From an uncultured Verrucomicrobiae bacterium (GTDB lineage: Bacteria; Verrucomicrobiota; Verrucomicrobiia; Chthoniobacterales; UBA10450), in contig CAWFGO010000003.1 of the NCBI GenBank assembly GCA_963815455.1, positions 1-64,000 of the forward strand: 64,000 nt of DNA. Direction: 5' to 3'. The notes beneath the pieces were generated by a model. The model ran no database searches, was not told the origin of the DNA, and saw only the letters and a program-made list of their open reading frames with translations. How positions within the stretch are numbered: position 1 is the first letter of the stretch; each line of letters begins with the position of its first letter. A program made the translations under genes and the position numbers. This document shows, in pieces, positions 50,717-61,155 of the stretch.

Positions 50717-50824
50717 TGTCATTCTGAGCGGAGCGAAGAATCCCGCGCAATCAGGAATGACGTTTTTCGGATATGTGCGGGCCATAAAGCATAGGCGAGA
50801 TGTTTCGCTTTGCTCAAACATGAC
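50717..50824. repeat. TGTCAT-type inverted repeat element
   Basis: TGTCATTCTGAGCGGAGCGAAGAATC ... GATGTTTCGCTTTGCTCAAACATGAC. Confidence 0.72.
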
Positions 50825-50890
50825 GGCGCGAGCGAAGGGGCTCCATTTAACGATCGGGATGTTTTCGTTGGGTCCGTTCATGCCTGAGCG

Positions 50891-50917
50891 GTAGGGGAAG
50901 CTGTCAGCTTCCCCTAC
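50891..50917. repeat. GTAG-type palindrome
   Basis: GTAGGGGAAGCTG-T-CAGCTTCCCCTAC; related copy at 55545-55567. Confidence 0.75.
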
Positions 50918-50940
50918 AAAATAATGGCTTCGCGCTTGCA

Positions 50941-51558
50941 CTAAAACGAATAGGTCGCACCGATTTGCGGCCCGAAAAGATTCAGGCTTGGGTTCGGATC
51001 GGTTTGGCCGCCATTGGAGAAATGCTCGTAGAGGACGCCGATGTCGATCTTCCATTTCTCGTTCACCTTGTAGGAAACACCGGCGGCCGACAAAATGTTA
51101 AAGGTAAAATCCTGGCCCTGTCCGCCGGGAATATTCGCGTGGCTGTCGATCCAACCCAGCCCGACGCCGCCGGACATGTAGGGGATCCATCGTCGCCCGG
51201 GCTGCACAAAATTGTATCGCGAGCCGAAATTGAATCCGAAATATCGGTGCTCGATTCCCTGGAATATCGGTTCGGCCACGGCGCTAATGTAAAACTGGTT
51301 GTAACCGCGCATCCAATTGCCGGTCTGCATCACGCCCCAGCGCACCCGGCCAGTTAAGAAGAACGCGCCGACTTGATAATCCTGCGGAGGATCGATCGCT
51401 CCAAGCAAATAGGCGGATTCGACCGCGACCTCGAACCGCGGAGGATTCAAGTCGGCCTTGGCCGGTTCCGACTCGCTAACCGATCCTCGAATACCGGCGA
51501 GAAGTTGGGCGCAAGTGACGAAAAGAGCGAACGCAGTTGAGGGAAACAGCATTTTCAT
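50941..51558 (-). CDS. PagL-like acyloxyacyl hydrolase, outer membrane beta-barrel
   Basis: Signal peptide, HFSNG catalytic motif, terminal YSF. Confidence 0.85.
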   Translation of the reverse strand: MKMLFPSTAFALFVTCAQLLAGIRGSVSESEPAKADLNPPRFEVAVESAYLLGAIDPPQDYQVGAFFLTGRVRWGVMQTGNWMRGYNQFYISAVAEPIFQGIEHRYFGFNFGSRYNFVQPGRRWIPYMSGGVGLGWIDSHANIPGGQGQDFTFNILSAAGVSYKVNEKWKIDIGVLYEHFSNGGQTDPNPSLNLFGPQIGATYSF

Positions 51559-51599
51559 CCGGCGCGCTACCATAGAAAGCGTTGAGGTGATTGCAATCT

Positions 51600-51659
51600 T
51601 GTAGCGGCGCAATCTGAGCGCCGGATAAAGAATGACGACGGTCAGAGACCGCCGCTACA
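51600..51659. repeat. GTAG-type REP doublet, family B copy 1
   Basis: TGTAGCGGCGC..TCTGAGCG.CG ... CGACGGTCAGAGACCGCCGCTACA; matches 61151-61212. Confidence 0.8.
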
Positions 51660-52415
51660 AAATTCCGCGAGATCCTCCGGCAACGCGCTGGTCCATTCGT
51701 GTTCGCCCTCGATGGCTAGCCTTGCCGAATGCAGGGCGTGTCGCGGCAAGAGTAACCGCTTTTCGAGCTCGGACGTCCAACCGGTTTGGATGAACTGGAG
51801 ATAGAGTTGTTCGTCCGGTCCGTAAATTTTGTCACCGACGATCGGATGATCGAGCGACGATAAATGCACGCGAATTTGGTGAGTGCGGCCCGTGCGGGGA
51901 ATCGCCCGAATCAAACTGAACTTGTCGGTCCGAGCCGGTCTGGATGTCGATCTTGTGAAGCGTCGCTCGACTTGAAACTCGGTCTGGGCCGGCGCGCCGG
52001 AAGGATGAATCATCTGCTTCAACCAGATGGCCGAGGCTTGATGCTTGCCTTGCCGATCCAGTGGAGCATCGACAATGGTCTGTTCCCAGTCGGGCCAGCC
52101 CCAGACGATCGCGAGATATTGCTTCGTAAATCGGTGCTGCTGCATCAGTAGTCCGAATTTGCGGGCAGCGGCCGCCGTTTTCGCGACCAGGACCAGGCCG
52201 CTCGTTTCGCGATCGAGCCGGTTCACGATCGAAACCTGGCCGCCGCTGGCGATCTCAAATGCAAGCAAATCGCGCAATTCTTTCCACAAGGTCCGAGGGC
52301 CGTCAGGTTTTGTCGGGTGGATCAGCAGAAACGGCGGTTTGTCGACCACCACGTAGTTGTCCGTTTCATCGAGTATTTTGAAATCGAGTGAAGGCACAGA
52401 AGGAAAGCATTCCAC
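51642..52415 (-). CDS. RluA family RNA pseudouridine synthase
   Basis: VVDKP, NRLDRETSG, TGRTHQIRVH, PIVGD.IYG, LH. Confidence 0.93.
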   Translation of the reverse strand: MECFPSVPSLDFKILDETDNYVVVDKPPFLLIHPTKPDGPRTLWKELRDLLAFEIASGGQVSIVNRLDRETSGLVLVAKTAAAARKFGLLMQQHRFTKQYLAIVWGWPDWEQTIVDAPLDRQGKHQASAIWLKQMIHPSGAPAQTEFQVERRFTRSTSRPARTDKFSLIRAIPRTGRTHQIRVHLSSLDHPIVGDKIYGPDEQLYLQFIQTGWTSELEKRLLLPRHALHSARLAIEGEHEWTSALPEDLAEFCSGGL

Positions 52416-52574
52416 GATGTCGGCATGCGCACACTAAGCGGTTTGAGCGCGGAGGCGCGCAGCATTTCGGTGCCTGGCCAAGGTGAGGTCGTCTTCGCGG
52501 CAACCGGCAAGAAATTACAGCGAGGATACCGCCTAACGACAGGCGATCTCCGATCACGCCTTTGAGCGAGGCGT

Positions 52575-53321
52575 CTAGGCCGACTTGCGTAGCAAACGGC
52601 GCGCGATCAAGACGACCCCAATGCCGGCCAGAAGAAGACTGCTCGGCTCTGGAACGGCGTTGACTCGCAGCACCAGATTCGCCGCGCTTTGTGCCGGTCC
52701 ACCCAGAACGGGGTGCGACATGCCCAGGAGCGTGGCGTTGGCTGTGTTGTCAAGATCGTACGATCCCCCCATTGTCGGCCCAACATCGAAGAATGACCGC
52801 AGCTGATTTGGCGGCGATGGACCCGGCGTGAACATATCGTCCACAAACGGGAAGGTCGATCCGTTGACGCCGCGGATTAAAAGGGCGGCGTAAAAAATCT
52901 GGCCGGTGGACAGGTCGATCGGTGTCGCAAAGTTAATTGTTTGCAGCGTACCGGTGACGGCGTTGGTCAGAATCACCGTATTCGTCGCGGGAACGATGCG
53001 AACCAGGCCGCTCGGGTCGGTCAGGCTGGTTCCAGTGTAGAGCGCGACAGTTACCTGGAGTGTCAATGTCGTTACGGGCGGTTGAGCGTTGCCCAACGCG
53101 AACGTGATCGAATTGATCCGGGTGCCACCAGCAATCGTCTGAAAGCTGTTGGCCACCCAGCAATCCTCAGTTTCCGTTCCGGCGCTGTTGTTAAAAATCT
53201 CGTATTGCGTTGTTCCCGAGGGCGGCCACCCGTCTACCTGGTATGTGACTTGTGCGCGAACGCACGGCACAGCCATCAATAAAATGGCTACGGCAAATGC
53301 AAATCGAAGTGATTTTTCCAT
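52575..53321 (-). CDS. PEP-CTERM sorted surface protein
   Basis: Signal peptide; C-terminal VPEPSS + TM helix + RR..RK. Confidence 0.92.
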   Translation of the reverse strand: MEKSLRFAFAVAILLMAVPCVRAQVTYQVDGWPPSGTTQYEIFNNSAGTETEDCWVANSFQTIAGGTRINSITFALGNAQPPVTTLTLQVTVALYTGTSLTDPSGLVRIVPATNTVILTNAVTGTLQTINFATPIDLSTGQIFYAALLIRGVNGSTFPFVDDMFTPGPSPPNQLRSFFDVGPTMGGSYDLDNTANATLLGMSHPVLGGPAQSAANLVLRVNAVPEPSSLLLAGIGVVLIARRLLRKSA

Positions 53322-53494
53322 GCTTTTCTTTCCTTTCCCTTCCCTGTGATGCCGGCGTGTAGCCGTTAACGTCTGGGGCGGATTAGATCAAGACGCCTGG
53401 CAAATGTCAAGCTTCTCCGCCCCGATTCGTTGACTTGACCTCATCGGCAAAACCGATTTATCTAGACAGCCCAACTTTTACCCGGGAGACAGCC

Positions 53495-53941
53495 TTGGAA
53501 CTCAAAGACATCAAAGCCCTCATCGACCTGATGACAGAGAACGACCTCTCTGTTTTCGAAATGGAGAAGGAGGGCTTCAAGATCAAGCTGCAAAAGGATG
53601 GAACCCCGGGAGCGGCGCCGATCATGGCCGGGCCAATCGCGCCACAGCCAGCCGCGGCGGCCATGCCGCAGGCTCAGACGCCGGTATCGGAAGCCGCGGC
53701 CGCGTCCCTGAACGAGATTGTGTCGCCGATGGTGGGTACATTCTATCGCGCCAGCTCGCCGGATTCATCGCCGTTTGTCGATATTGGAACTAGGGTTACC
53801 GAGGACACAGTGGTGTGCATCATTGAAGCGATGAAAGTGATGAACGAAATCAAAGCGGAAACGAGCGGCGTCATCGCCGAAGTCGTGGCTGAGAACGGCA
53901 AGCCGGTCCAGTTTGGTCAGGCCTTGTTTCGAGTTCGCTAA
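53495..53941 (+). CDS. accB: Acetyl-CoA carboxylase biotin carboxyl carrier protein
   Basis: SPMVGTFY and EAMKVMNEI biotin motif; TTG start with GGGAG RBS. Confidence 0.96.
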   Translation: MELKDIKALIDLMTENDLSVFEMEKEGFKIKLQKDGTPGAAPIMAGPIAPQPAAAAMPQAQTPVSEAAAASLNEIVSPMVGTFYRASSPDSSPFVDIGTRVTEDTVVCIIEAMKVMNEIKAETSGVIAEVVAENGKPVQFGQALFRVR

Positions 53942-54003
53942 ATGGCACGGCGCAATGTCAGTCTGGCTCCGAATGGCCGGACGCGCCGAATCGAACGTCT
54001 CAG

Positions 54004-55389
54004 ATGTTTCAAAAAGTCCTAATCGCTAATCGCGGAGAGATTGCGCTGCGGATTATCCGCGCCTGCAAAGAACTCGGTATTCGCACCCTCGCCGTGTACT
54101 CTGAGGCCGATGTCGATTCGCTGCATGTCCAGTTGGCCGACGAATCGATCTGTATCGGCGCCGCCCCCAGCTCCGAAAGTTATCTAAAAATCGATCGCAT
54201 CATGAGCGCGGCCGAAGTGGGCGATGTCGATGCGATTCACCCCGGTTACGGTTTCCTGGCCGAGAACGCGCACTTCGCCGAGGTCTGCGAAAGCTGCAAT
54301 ATCAAATTCATCGGTCCCCCGCCGCACGCCATGCACGCGATGGGGGACAAGAATTCGGCCCGGGCCGGCGCGCGCAACGCGGGTGTGCCGGTGACGCCCG
54401 GAAGCGATGGGATCATCGAGGACGAGAAGGAAGCGGTGAAGATTGCCAAGAAGATCGGCTACCCGGTGATGATCAAAGCGGTGGCGGGCGGCGGTGGGCG
54501 CGGGATGCGGGTCGCGCATAACGAGCCCAGTCTCATGACCGGTTTTCACGCCGCGCGAATGGAAGCGGAGAAGGCTTTTGGCAACGGTGCCGTTTACATG
54601 GAGAAATTCATTGTCAGCCCGCGCCACATCGAATTTCAGATCGTGGCCGACAGCCACGGGCACGTGATTCACCTGGGCGAACGCGATTGCTCCGTTCAAC
54701 GCCGGAACCAAAAAGTGATCGAGGAATGTCCGTCGCCGTTCATGACGCCGTCACTGCGCAAGAAAATGGGCAACGCGGCGGTGAAACTGGCGAAATCGGT
54801 CGGGTACGAAAACGCCGGCACGATCGAATTCCTGGTCGATCAGGATCGACATTTTTATTTCATGGAGATGAATACCCGCATCCAGGTCGAGCACACCATT
54901 ACGGAGGAGGTTTACGGCTGCGACCTGGTCAAAGAGCAAATCCGCATCGCCGCGGGCGAACCTCTATCGGAGCACGTCGCCCGCGCCCAGCCGCGGCTTC
55001 ATGCCATTCAATGCCGAATCAACGCTGAGGATCCGGAAAAGAATTTTCAGCCCTCGCCCGGCCGGATCAATTTTTATTACGCGCCGGGCGGGCGCGGGGT
55101 CCGTATCGATTCGCACGCTTACACCGGTTACATTGTGCCGCCGTATTACGATTCGCTCATCTCGAAGATCGTCACGGTCGGCGCGACCCGGACCAACGCG
55201 ATCGACCGGATGCGCCGCGCACTCGACGAATATTACATTACCGGCATCAAGACCACGGTGCCGTTTCATGCCGCCATCATGCGCAACGGGGATTTCCGGG
55301 CCGGAAACTACGACACCGGTTTCGTCGAGCGCGTCATGAAATCGGAGAATTTCCATCTGGTTCCGCCATCGGCGAAATTGCACGAGTAG
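54004..55389 (+). CDS. accC: Acetyl-CoA carboxylase biotin carboxylase subunit
   Basis: [44 protein letters not shown]. Confidence 0.97.
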   Translation: MFQKVLIANRGEIALRIIRACKELGIRTLAVYSEADVDSLHVQLADESICIGAAPSSESYLKIDRIMSAAEVGDVDAIHPGYGFLAENAHFAEVCESCNIKFIGPPPHAMHAMGDKNSARAGARNAGVPVTPGSDGIIEDEKEAVKIAKKIGYPVMIKAVAGGGGRGMRVAHNEPSLMTGFHAARMEAEKAFGNGAVYMEKFIVSPRHIEFQIVADSHGHVIHLGERDCSVQRRNQKVIEECPSPFMTPSLRKKMGNAAVKLAKSVGYENAGTIEFLVDQDRHFYFMEMNTRIQVEHTITEEVYGCDLVKEQIRIAAGEPLSEHVARAQPRLHAIQCRINAEDPEKNFQPSPGRINFYYAPGGRGVRIDSHAYTGYIVPPYYDSLISKIVTVGATRTNAIDRMRRALDEYYITGIKTTVPFHAAIMRNGDFRAGNYDTGFVERVMKSENFHLVPPSAKLHE

Positions 55390-55399
55390 AGATTGGCGG

Positions 55400-55670
55400 A
55401 TGTAGCCACGGCGCTCTGTCGCCGTGTTGATCGGAGAAATTTGCCCCGACAGAGCGGGGCGGTTACAAAGTGTCGCTGTAGCGTGCGCTGTCCTCGCAAC
55501 CGTCATGGGGAGCGCACGCATCTTGGGTGCGCTCCCACGTGTCTGTAGGGGAAGCTGACAGCTTCCCGAGGAAATCCTGCGAAAGAGCGTCGCTGTAGTG
55601 GGTGCTGTCCCTCAGCGCATTTTTTTGCAGTCGCGCGCGTTGAAATCCGCTGGGGACAGCGGACGCTACA
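55400..55670. repeat. Cluster of nested GTAG-type palindromic repeats
   Basis: Four TGTAG-initiated units, two closing TACA arms and a GGGAGCGCAC..GTGCGCTCCC hairpin between accC and thiE. Confidence 0.75.
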
Positions 55671-55692
55671 GCGTCACAGCCTGTTCCGATCA

Positions 55693-56316
55693 ATGAGGAC
55701 CTTAAATGAATGCCGCCTCTACGGGATCATTGATCTCGGTTACATCGAGATCGGCGATTGCTGCGGCATCGCCGAACAAATGCTCCAAGGCGGAGTCGAT
55801 CTCATTCAGCTTCGCGGGAAAGGAAAATCAATCGGAGAAATGACCGATCTGGCCGGGAAGCTCCACCAAATCACGTCGCGAGCTTCCACTCCGCTGATCG
55901 TCAACGATCATGCCGACATCGCCAGACAAGTTCCGCTCGAAGGCGTCCACGTCGGCCAGGACGACGATCCCATTGCTCTCGCGCGGCAAAAAGCCGGGCG
56001 TGCGATCGTGGTGGGAAAATCGACGCATAGCATCGAGCAAGCCCACGCTGCGCAGCGCGACGGCGCTGATTACATCGGCTTCGGCCCGATCTTCGCCACG
56101 CCAACCAAACCCGATTACCAGCCGATCGGGCTGGAAGAGATCGAACGACTTCATGCTGAAGCGACTCTCCCAATTTTCTGCATCGGCGGAATCAACATCG
56201 ACAATCTCCAGAGCGTGATCGACGCCGGGGCAAATCGAGTCGTGATGGTTTCTGCCTTGCTCAAAGCCCACAGCATCGTTGATTATGCCCGCTGCGTGAC
56301 CGATATGCTCGCGTAA
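55693..56316 (+). CDS. thiE: Thiamine phosphate synthase
   Basis: QLRGK, IVND, GVHVGQDD, GKSTH, F.TPTK, IGGI. Confidence 0.95.
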   Translation: MRTLNECRLYGIIDLGYIEIGDCCGIAEQMLQGGVDLIQLRGKGKSIGEMTDLAGKLHQITSRASTPLIVNDHADIARQVPLEGVHVGQDDDPIALARQKAGRAIVVGKSTHSIEQAHAAQRDGADYIGFGPIFATPTKPDYQPIGLEEIERLHAEATLPIFCIGGINIDNLQSVIDAGANRVVMVSALLKAHSIVDYARCVTDMLA

Positions 56317-56340
56317 TCCTTCGACATTCGTCATTCGATC

Positions 56341-57258
56341 ATGTCCGTTCTAATAGTTGGTTCCATTGCACTTGACACGGTTAAGACGCCGGTCGAAGAA
56401 CATGCCGATTTGTTGGGCGGCTCCGCTTCCTATGCGGCGCTGAGCGCGAGTTTCTTTTCTCCGGTACGATTGGTGGGCGTGGTCGGAGATGATTTTCCGG
56501 AATCCGAGTTCGATTCTTGGAAGAAACGCAAGATCGACATCGACGGTGTCCAACGAGCGAACGGAAAGACTTTTCGGTGGTCGGGCGAATATTCGTGGGA
56601 CCTGAACACGCGCGAAACGCGCTCGGTGGCGCTGAATGTTTTCGAGACTTTCAAGCCGGCGTTGCCGGAGGCGTATCGCCAAACCGATTTCGTTTTGCTG
56701 GCCAACATCGCGCCATCGTTGCAATCGCACGTACTCGATCAAATGGAACGTCCGCGCTTCATCGTCGCCGACACCATGGATCTTTGGATTCAAACCACGC
56801 GCAAAGATTTGGATGCGCTTCTGCCACGGGTCGATCTTCTCATTTTGAACGACAGCGAAGCCCGCGAGATGACAAAGGAAACGAGCCTGATCAAGGCCGG
56901 TCGCAAGATTCGAACGTTCGGTCCGCGCTATGTTGCGATCAAGAAAGGCGAGCACGGTGCGCTCTTGTTCGGCGAAAACGATCAGTTCTTTAGCTGCGGC
57001 GCGTATCCGCTGGAAGATATTCACGATCCGACCGGGGCAGGGGACACGTTTGCCGGCGGCATGGCGGGTTATCTCGCCGGCACGGTCAAGAAGGTCCACT
57101 TCAACGATCTGCGCAAAGCAATGATCTACGGCAGCGTCTTGGCCAGTTTCTGCGTGGAATCATTCAGTCTCGATCGCCTGCGCAAACTGTCGCTCGATGA
57201 AATCAACGAGCGCTACGAGATGTTCAAAACGATGAGCCAGTTCGAGCTGCCGGGATGA
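56341..57258 (+). CDS. PfkB family carbohydrate/nucleoside kinase
   Basis: LGGSASY, N..EA, KKGEHGA, DPTGAGDTFAGG. Confidence 0.93.
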   Translation: MSVLIVGSIALDTVKTPVEEHADLLGGSASYAALSASFFSPVRLVGVVGDDFPESEFDSWKKRKIDIDGVQRANGKTFRWSGEYSWDLNTRETRSVALNVFETFKPALPEAYRQTDFVLLANIAPSLQSHVLDQMERPRFIVADTMDLWIQTTRKDLDALLPRVDLLILNDSEAREMTKETSLIKAGRKIRTFGPRYVAIKKGEHGALLFGENDQFFSCGAYPLEDIHDPTGAGDTFAGGMAGYLAGTVKKVHFNDLRKAMIYGSVLASFCVESFSLDRLRKLSLDEINERYEMFKTMSQFELPG

Positions 57259-57332
57259 GAAATGTGAAGAAATGCGAAGGCCGCGCTTCGACGCGTTCCT
57301 CCGTTAGGCCCGCGCGGCTTTAACCGGCCTTG

Positions 57333-57879
57333 TTATATTCGGGTGCGAATCCAGCGTCGGCAGGCACCCATCCCAGCCAGAGCAACGCCGAGCAATTGAA
57401 TGGTTGTGCCGGAATCGGGAACGCTCGGGGCCAGAGGCCTCCAAATGCCCGAGGCACCCGGCGCGTTAGGCACGTTAGGCCCATCGCCCTCAATGAGTTC
57501 CAAATAACCGTCATAATAGCCGGGGTTACCCGGATTGGAGCCGTAGAAGTAGGGGCCCGCAAATCCCGTCGGCGAAAACGGGCCGGGGGGAGGAGCGAAC
57601 CCATAAATAGCGAAATCCCCGTCCCAGGTAGTTGTGCCGTAAGAGAGGATTGTGGCAATGGGGACGCCTCCGGTCACTGGACCGCCTGACCAACCCAGAA
57701 GATTCCAAGCGATCAACATGTTGTCCTGTATGGTTATCGGTACTCCCATCGTATATGGTCGGGTTGTCCTCAGTGGCGCTGAATTCGTAGGTCACCGTCG
57801 GACCCATTACCACGGCGGTGGCCGTGCTTATGGATACCGCTGCAATCGTGATAGCTAGGAGCATTCTGGCTGTTTTCAT
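57333..57879 (-). CDS. VPDSG-CTERM sorted surface protein, frameshift near 57742
   Basis: Signal peptide MKTARMLLAITIAA in ORF 57526-57891; C-terminal VPDSGTT + TM helix + RR in ORF 57333-57749. Confidence 0.85.
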
Positions 57880-57908
57880 AAATTTGGCCAATATGGCAAA
57901 TCGAAGTT

Positions 57909-57924
57909 AGCCATTCTTGTACCA
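57909..57924 (-). promoter_or_regulatory. Putative sigma54 promoter of the VPDSG-CTERM gene
   Basis: Minus strand TGGTACAAGAATGGCT = GG-N10-GC, about 30 bp upstream of the ATG. Confidence 0.55.
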
Positions 57925-58026
57925 CTGGGTCAGATTTGGACTTAGTCGCTCGCTCTAAATAGCTACATACAAGGGATTTATGCTATTTGCATTCACAGGA
58001 TCTTGAATGGAAGGTAATCCGAAAAG

Positions 58027-58043
58027 TGTAAAAGCCTCCGACG
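58027..58043. promoter_or_regulatory. Putative enhancer site resembling the PEP-CTERM box
   Basis: TGTAAA-N5-CCGACG (TTTACA on the coding strand), about 100 bp upstream of the sigma54-like site. Confidence 0.5.
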
Positions 58044-58066
58044 ATATTCAGCGTGGAGAGAAGGTC

Positions 58067-58140
58067 CGCGCCCGTGAAGATTCGAACTTCAAACCTTCTG
58101 ATCCGTAGTCAGATGCTCTATCCAGTTGAGCTACGGGCGC
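58067..58140 (-). tRNA. tRNA-Arg(ACG)
   Basis: GCGCCCG TAGCTCAACTGGATAGAGC A TCTGA CTACGGA TCAGA AGGTT TGAAG TTCGAAT CTTCA CGGGCGC G; all four stems pair; CCA not encoded. Confidence 0.97.
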
Positions 58141-58206
58141 TCCGAAAGAGCGTTTAATTTGCGGAGGAAGAGGGAAGCGTCAAATGCAGTGATCTGTGAC
58201 CAGTGA

Positions 58207-59403
58207 TCAGGACTGGCGGCGCAGGGTGATGTGAACGAGCTCGGCCGGGGCGTTGATTCTTAGCGGGAACCAATTTCCGACGCCGTTCGAAACGATTAGT
58301 TTGCTGTCGCCGCGCGTATAGAGACCGGTCCAGTAGCGGAAGATCGCCGGGCCAAATCCGAGTCGCTCGTTTAACATTAATTGTCCGCCATGAGTGTGGC
58401 CGGAGAGAATGAGCGGCAGGCCGGCTTCAGCGGCGGCATCGAAGGCGTGGGGATGATGGGCCAGCAGGATGGGGAAAACGTCGGGCTGGCGTTGTTGCAA
58501 CAGGGTGCGCACAGATTGCCCAATCGCCGCGTCACGATTTTTTCGCGCGCGTGTCCAACTCAACCCCAGCAGTTGGACCGGCGAGCCGCGGACAGAGACA
58601 ATCGCCGATTCATCCAAAAGAAATGGAATCCCGGAGGCTTTGACCCGAGTCTCGAATTCCGACGGATTCTCAATCAGATCGTGATTGCCTTCGATGATGT
58701 ACAAGCCCCGGCGCGGATCCAATGTTCGAACGAGATTGAGTCCGTCGTCCAAGACCGCGAGTGAGTCGTTGATCAAATCTCCGGTTAACAACACGAGATC
58801 CGCTCGCAGCTCGTTCACTACTTGAACCATCCTTTGCAGCACGCGCCCGGAAGTGAATCGCCCCACGTGCATGTCGCTTATCTGGGCGATCGTCATTCCA
58901 TCGAGATCCGGTGGCAGGTCGCGAATAGGTAAAACGAAACGCCGCACCCGGAAACTGTTGAGTTGGGCCATCGCTACACCGGTGAGGCTCAGGGTGAAAA
59001 CGGGCGGAGCCAAGGCCGCGGCAAAACCGAGAAAATCGCGGCGGGTCCAATGCGGCTGAACATCGGAGGAGGCGATTTCTCTTCTAAGGCGACGCCGGCT
59101 CAGTCGCACGATGGCCATTGCTGCCAGGATCGGTAGCAAGGCGATGCCGATCAGGGAGATCAGGCTCAGACCAAGAAAGTGCCAAATGAACAGGGCGATC
59201 ACTGCGACCTTGGGCAACCAGTCGTCCCAACCGGAGCGAAGCATCCGCGCGGCGATGATCCAGATCAGCCCAATCATTTGCGCGCTGAAGAAAAGCGCGA
59301 GGACGACCCGAGCGAATTTGGAATTCGTCAGTCGCGCGAGCACCCACCACCAGATCGCATCCAAGAGAAGGATCGAGCCGATGATGATGAAAACAATACT
59401 CAC
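58207..59403 (-). CDS. Membrane-bound metallophosphoesterase (YkuE-like)
   Basis: SDMH, TGD, GNHD, LAHHP, SGHTHGGQ; N-terminal TM segments. Confidence 0.92.
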   Translation of the reverse strand: MSIVFIIIGSILLLDAIWWWVLARLTNSKFARVVLALFFSAQMIGLIWIIAARMLRSGWDDWLPKVAVIALFIWHFLGLSLISLIGIALLPILAAMAIVRLSRRRLRREIASSDVQPHWTRRDFLGFAAALAPPVFTLSLTGVAMAQLNSFRVRRFVLPIRDLPPDLDGMTIAQISDMHVGRFTSGRVLQRMVQVVNELRADLVLLTGDLINDSLAVLDDGLNLVRTLDPRRGLYIIEGNHDLIENPSEFETRVKASGIPFLLDESAIVSVRGSPVQLLGLSWTRARKNRDAAIGQSVRTLLQQRQPDVFPILLAHHPHAFDAAAEAGLPLILSGHTHGGQLMLNERLGFGPAIFRYWTGLYTRGDSKLIVSNGVGNWFPLRINAPAELVHITLRRQS

Positions 59404-59486
59404 CGTTGGAATTTAGCTGATCTCCTGAATTTGTCCGGTGGAAGCGATCAGCTTGAGCAGATCGCGAGAACTGCGATTCTCCTCGG

Positions 59487-60629
59487 GTGACAATCTTTCT
59501 CGGCTGCGGATTCGCGGCGAAATATCGCGAGGGTGGGGGGAATCTCTCCGTGCCGCTGCAATGGATGCTCGGTCTGTGCCGTTTGAAACTGGATGCGGTC
59601 TGGCTGGAGCTCTTGCCGGCGACAAACGATCCGCGCGACGATCAGGCTAAGATCGACAGTTTCCAGCGTCGAATGCGCGAGCACGGGCTTGGCGGCCGAT
59701 ATTGTCTGCTCTATCAGAAGCCGGCGGACAGCTCCCATGATCTGGATACGATTCGTTGCATCGGCATTTCCAAGCGAGAATTGCTCGAACGATTGGCTGG
59801 CCCGAGCACACTGCTCAATCTCAGTTACTCCATTCATCCCCCGCTGCTCTTGCGATTCGACAGGAGAATCTTTTGCGATCTCGATCCGAGCGAAATTTTT
59901 TACTGGATGACGCAGATGGAGTTGGGCCAATCGCATCACGATGAATTTTTTACGATTGGCCTTAACGTCCACGCACCCGATTGCCGGTTGCCGAAATTGC
60001 CGGTTCGCTGGAAGACGTTTTATCCGCTCGTGGACACACGGCTCTTGCAGCGTCGGCCCCGTCCGCAATCGCCAAAATTCACCACAATCGGGCAGTGGTA
60101 TTGGGATGGAGCGGTGGAGGTGGACGGCGAATTTCCGGATTTATCGAAGAGAGCGGCGTTTGAGCCGTATCTCGATCTGCCAAAGCGCCTCCCGAAGGCG
60201 CAGTTTGAACTGGCGATGAACTTGGGCGCGGACGAGGCCGAACAACAGCGGCTGAGAAAGCGCGGCTGGCACGTTGTCGATCCTCACCAGGTGGCGCGAA
60301 CGCCCGGCATTTACCGTAAATACCTCAGCGGCGCGCTGGCCGAGTTCACCGCAATCAAGGGTGTGGATGTGGCATGGCAAACGGGATGGCTTAGCGATCG
60401 GGCGGCGGCTTTCCTGGCCATGGGCCGGCCGGTCGTTACCGAAGACACCGGTGCAGGGAAATATATTCCCCGTGGCAGCGGGTTTCTATTTGTCAGGGGC
60501 TTGAACGAGGCTGAGGCGGCAATCAAAGAAATTCTTGGGAACTGGCCGCGGCTTTCCCGGCAGGCGCGCAGCTGCGCCGTGGAGATATTCGATTCAGCCA
60601 GGAATTTCCGCAAAATTCTCGATCTTTAG
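59487..60629 (+). CDS. Putative GT-B glycosyltransferase-like protein
   Basis: EF...K...V...TGW.SDR.A..LA.GRPV.T.DTG at the C-terminus. Confidence 0.68.
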   Translation: MTIFLGCGFAAKYREGGGNLSVPLQWMLGLCRLKLDAVWLELLPATNDPRDDQAKIDSFQRRMREHGLGGRYCLLYQKPADSSHDLDTIRCIGISKRELLERLAGPSTLLNLSYSIHPPLLLRFDRRIFCDLDPSEIFYWMTQMELGQSHHDEFFTIGLNVHAPDCRLPKLPVRWKTFYPLVDTRLLQRRPRPQSPKFTTIGQWYWDGAVEVDGEFPDLSKRAAFEPYLDLPKRLPKAQFELAMNLGADEAEQQRLRKRGWHVVDPHQVARTPGIYRKYLSGALAEFTAIKGVDVAWQTGWLSDRAAAFLAMGRPVVTEDTGAGKYIPRGSGFLFVRGLNEAEAAIKEILGNWPRLSRQARSCAVEIFDSARNFRKILDL

Positions 60630-60707
60630 CTGCGGTTCGGTGCGCGATAAAAAAGCCTCGATTTGCCGATTGCAAAACAAATTTCGGGTGTTACTCGTTG
60701 TCCGGTT

Positions 60708-60992
60708 ATGGCTGACTTGATCAAAGCAGGCGAGCTCAAGGAGCGCATGAAAAAGATCCCGGAATGGGAGCTGGAGAAGAAACATATCGAACGCACTTTT
60801 GAGTTCGACGATTTCGCCGATGCGATCGATTTCGTGAACTCAGTGGCCGAGGTGGCCGAGGAAGAAGAGCATCACCCCGACATCGACATTCGCTATAATA
60901 AAGTGCGCCTGGTCCTTTCCACTCACAGCAAAGGCGGCCTGACCGAACTCGATTTCGCCCTGGCCGAGCGGATCGACACATTGTCCGAGTGA
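60708..60992 (+). CDS. Pterin-4-alpha-carbinolamine dehydratase
   Basis: AE...HHPD...Y..V...LSTHS.GGLTELDF.LA..ID. Confidence 0.93.
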   Translation: MADLIKAGELKERMKKIPEWELEKKHIERTFEFDDFADAIDFVNSVAEVAEEEEHHPDIDIRYNKVRLVLSTHSKGGLTELDFALAERIDTLSE

Positions 60993-61155
60993 CGGGTGGA
61001 TACGACGACCCGAGCTGCTACGGCGAATTCGTTTCTGGGTCGCAACGGCGCTGACCATTCTGCTCGTGATCGCGGTCTGGAAATTTATCGATTACCGGAT
61101 GCGCCCGCCCGCCACCGCCGCATCCCCCTGCGCCGCTAAGCGCGCCGTGATGTAG
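60989..61155 (+). CDS. Possible small single-TM protein, needs one extra C near 61010
   Basis: GTG overlapping the previous TGA; RRIRFWVATALTILLVIAVWKF. Confidence 0.4.

Noticed and set aside
55400..55670. Possible CRISPR array
   Set aside because: Units differ in sequence and length, are palindromic REP-like elements, and no cas genes are present.
57260..58067. Integrated islet at the tRNA-Arg 3' end
   Set aside because: No integrase and no convincing duplicate of the tRNA 3' end; only a 7-bp GTGAAGA match near 57264.
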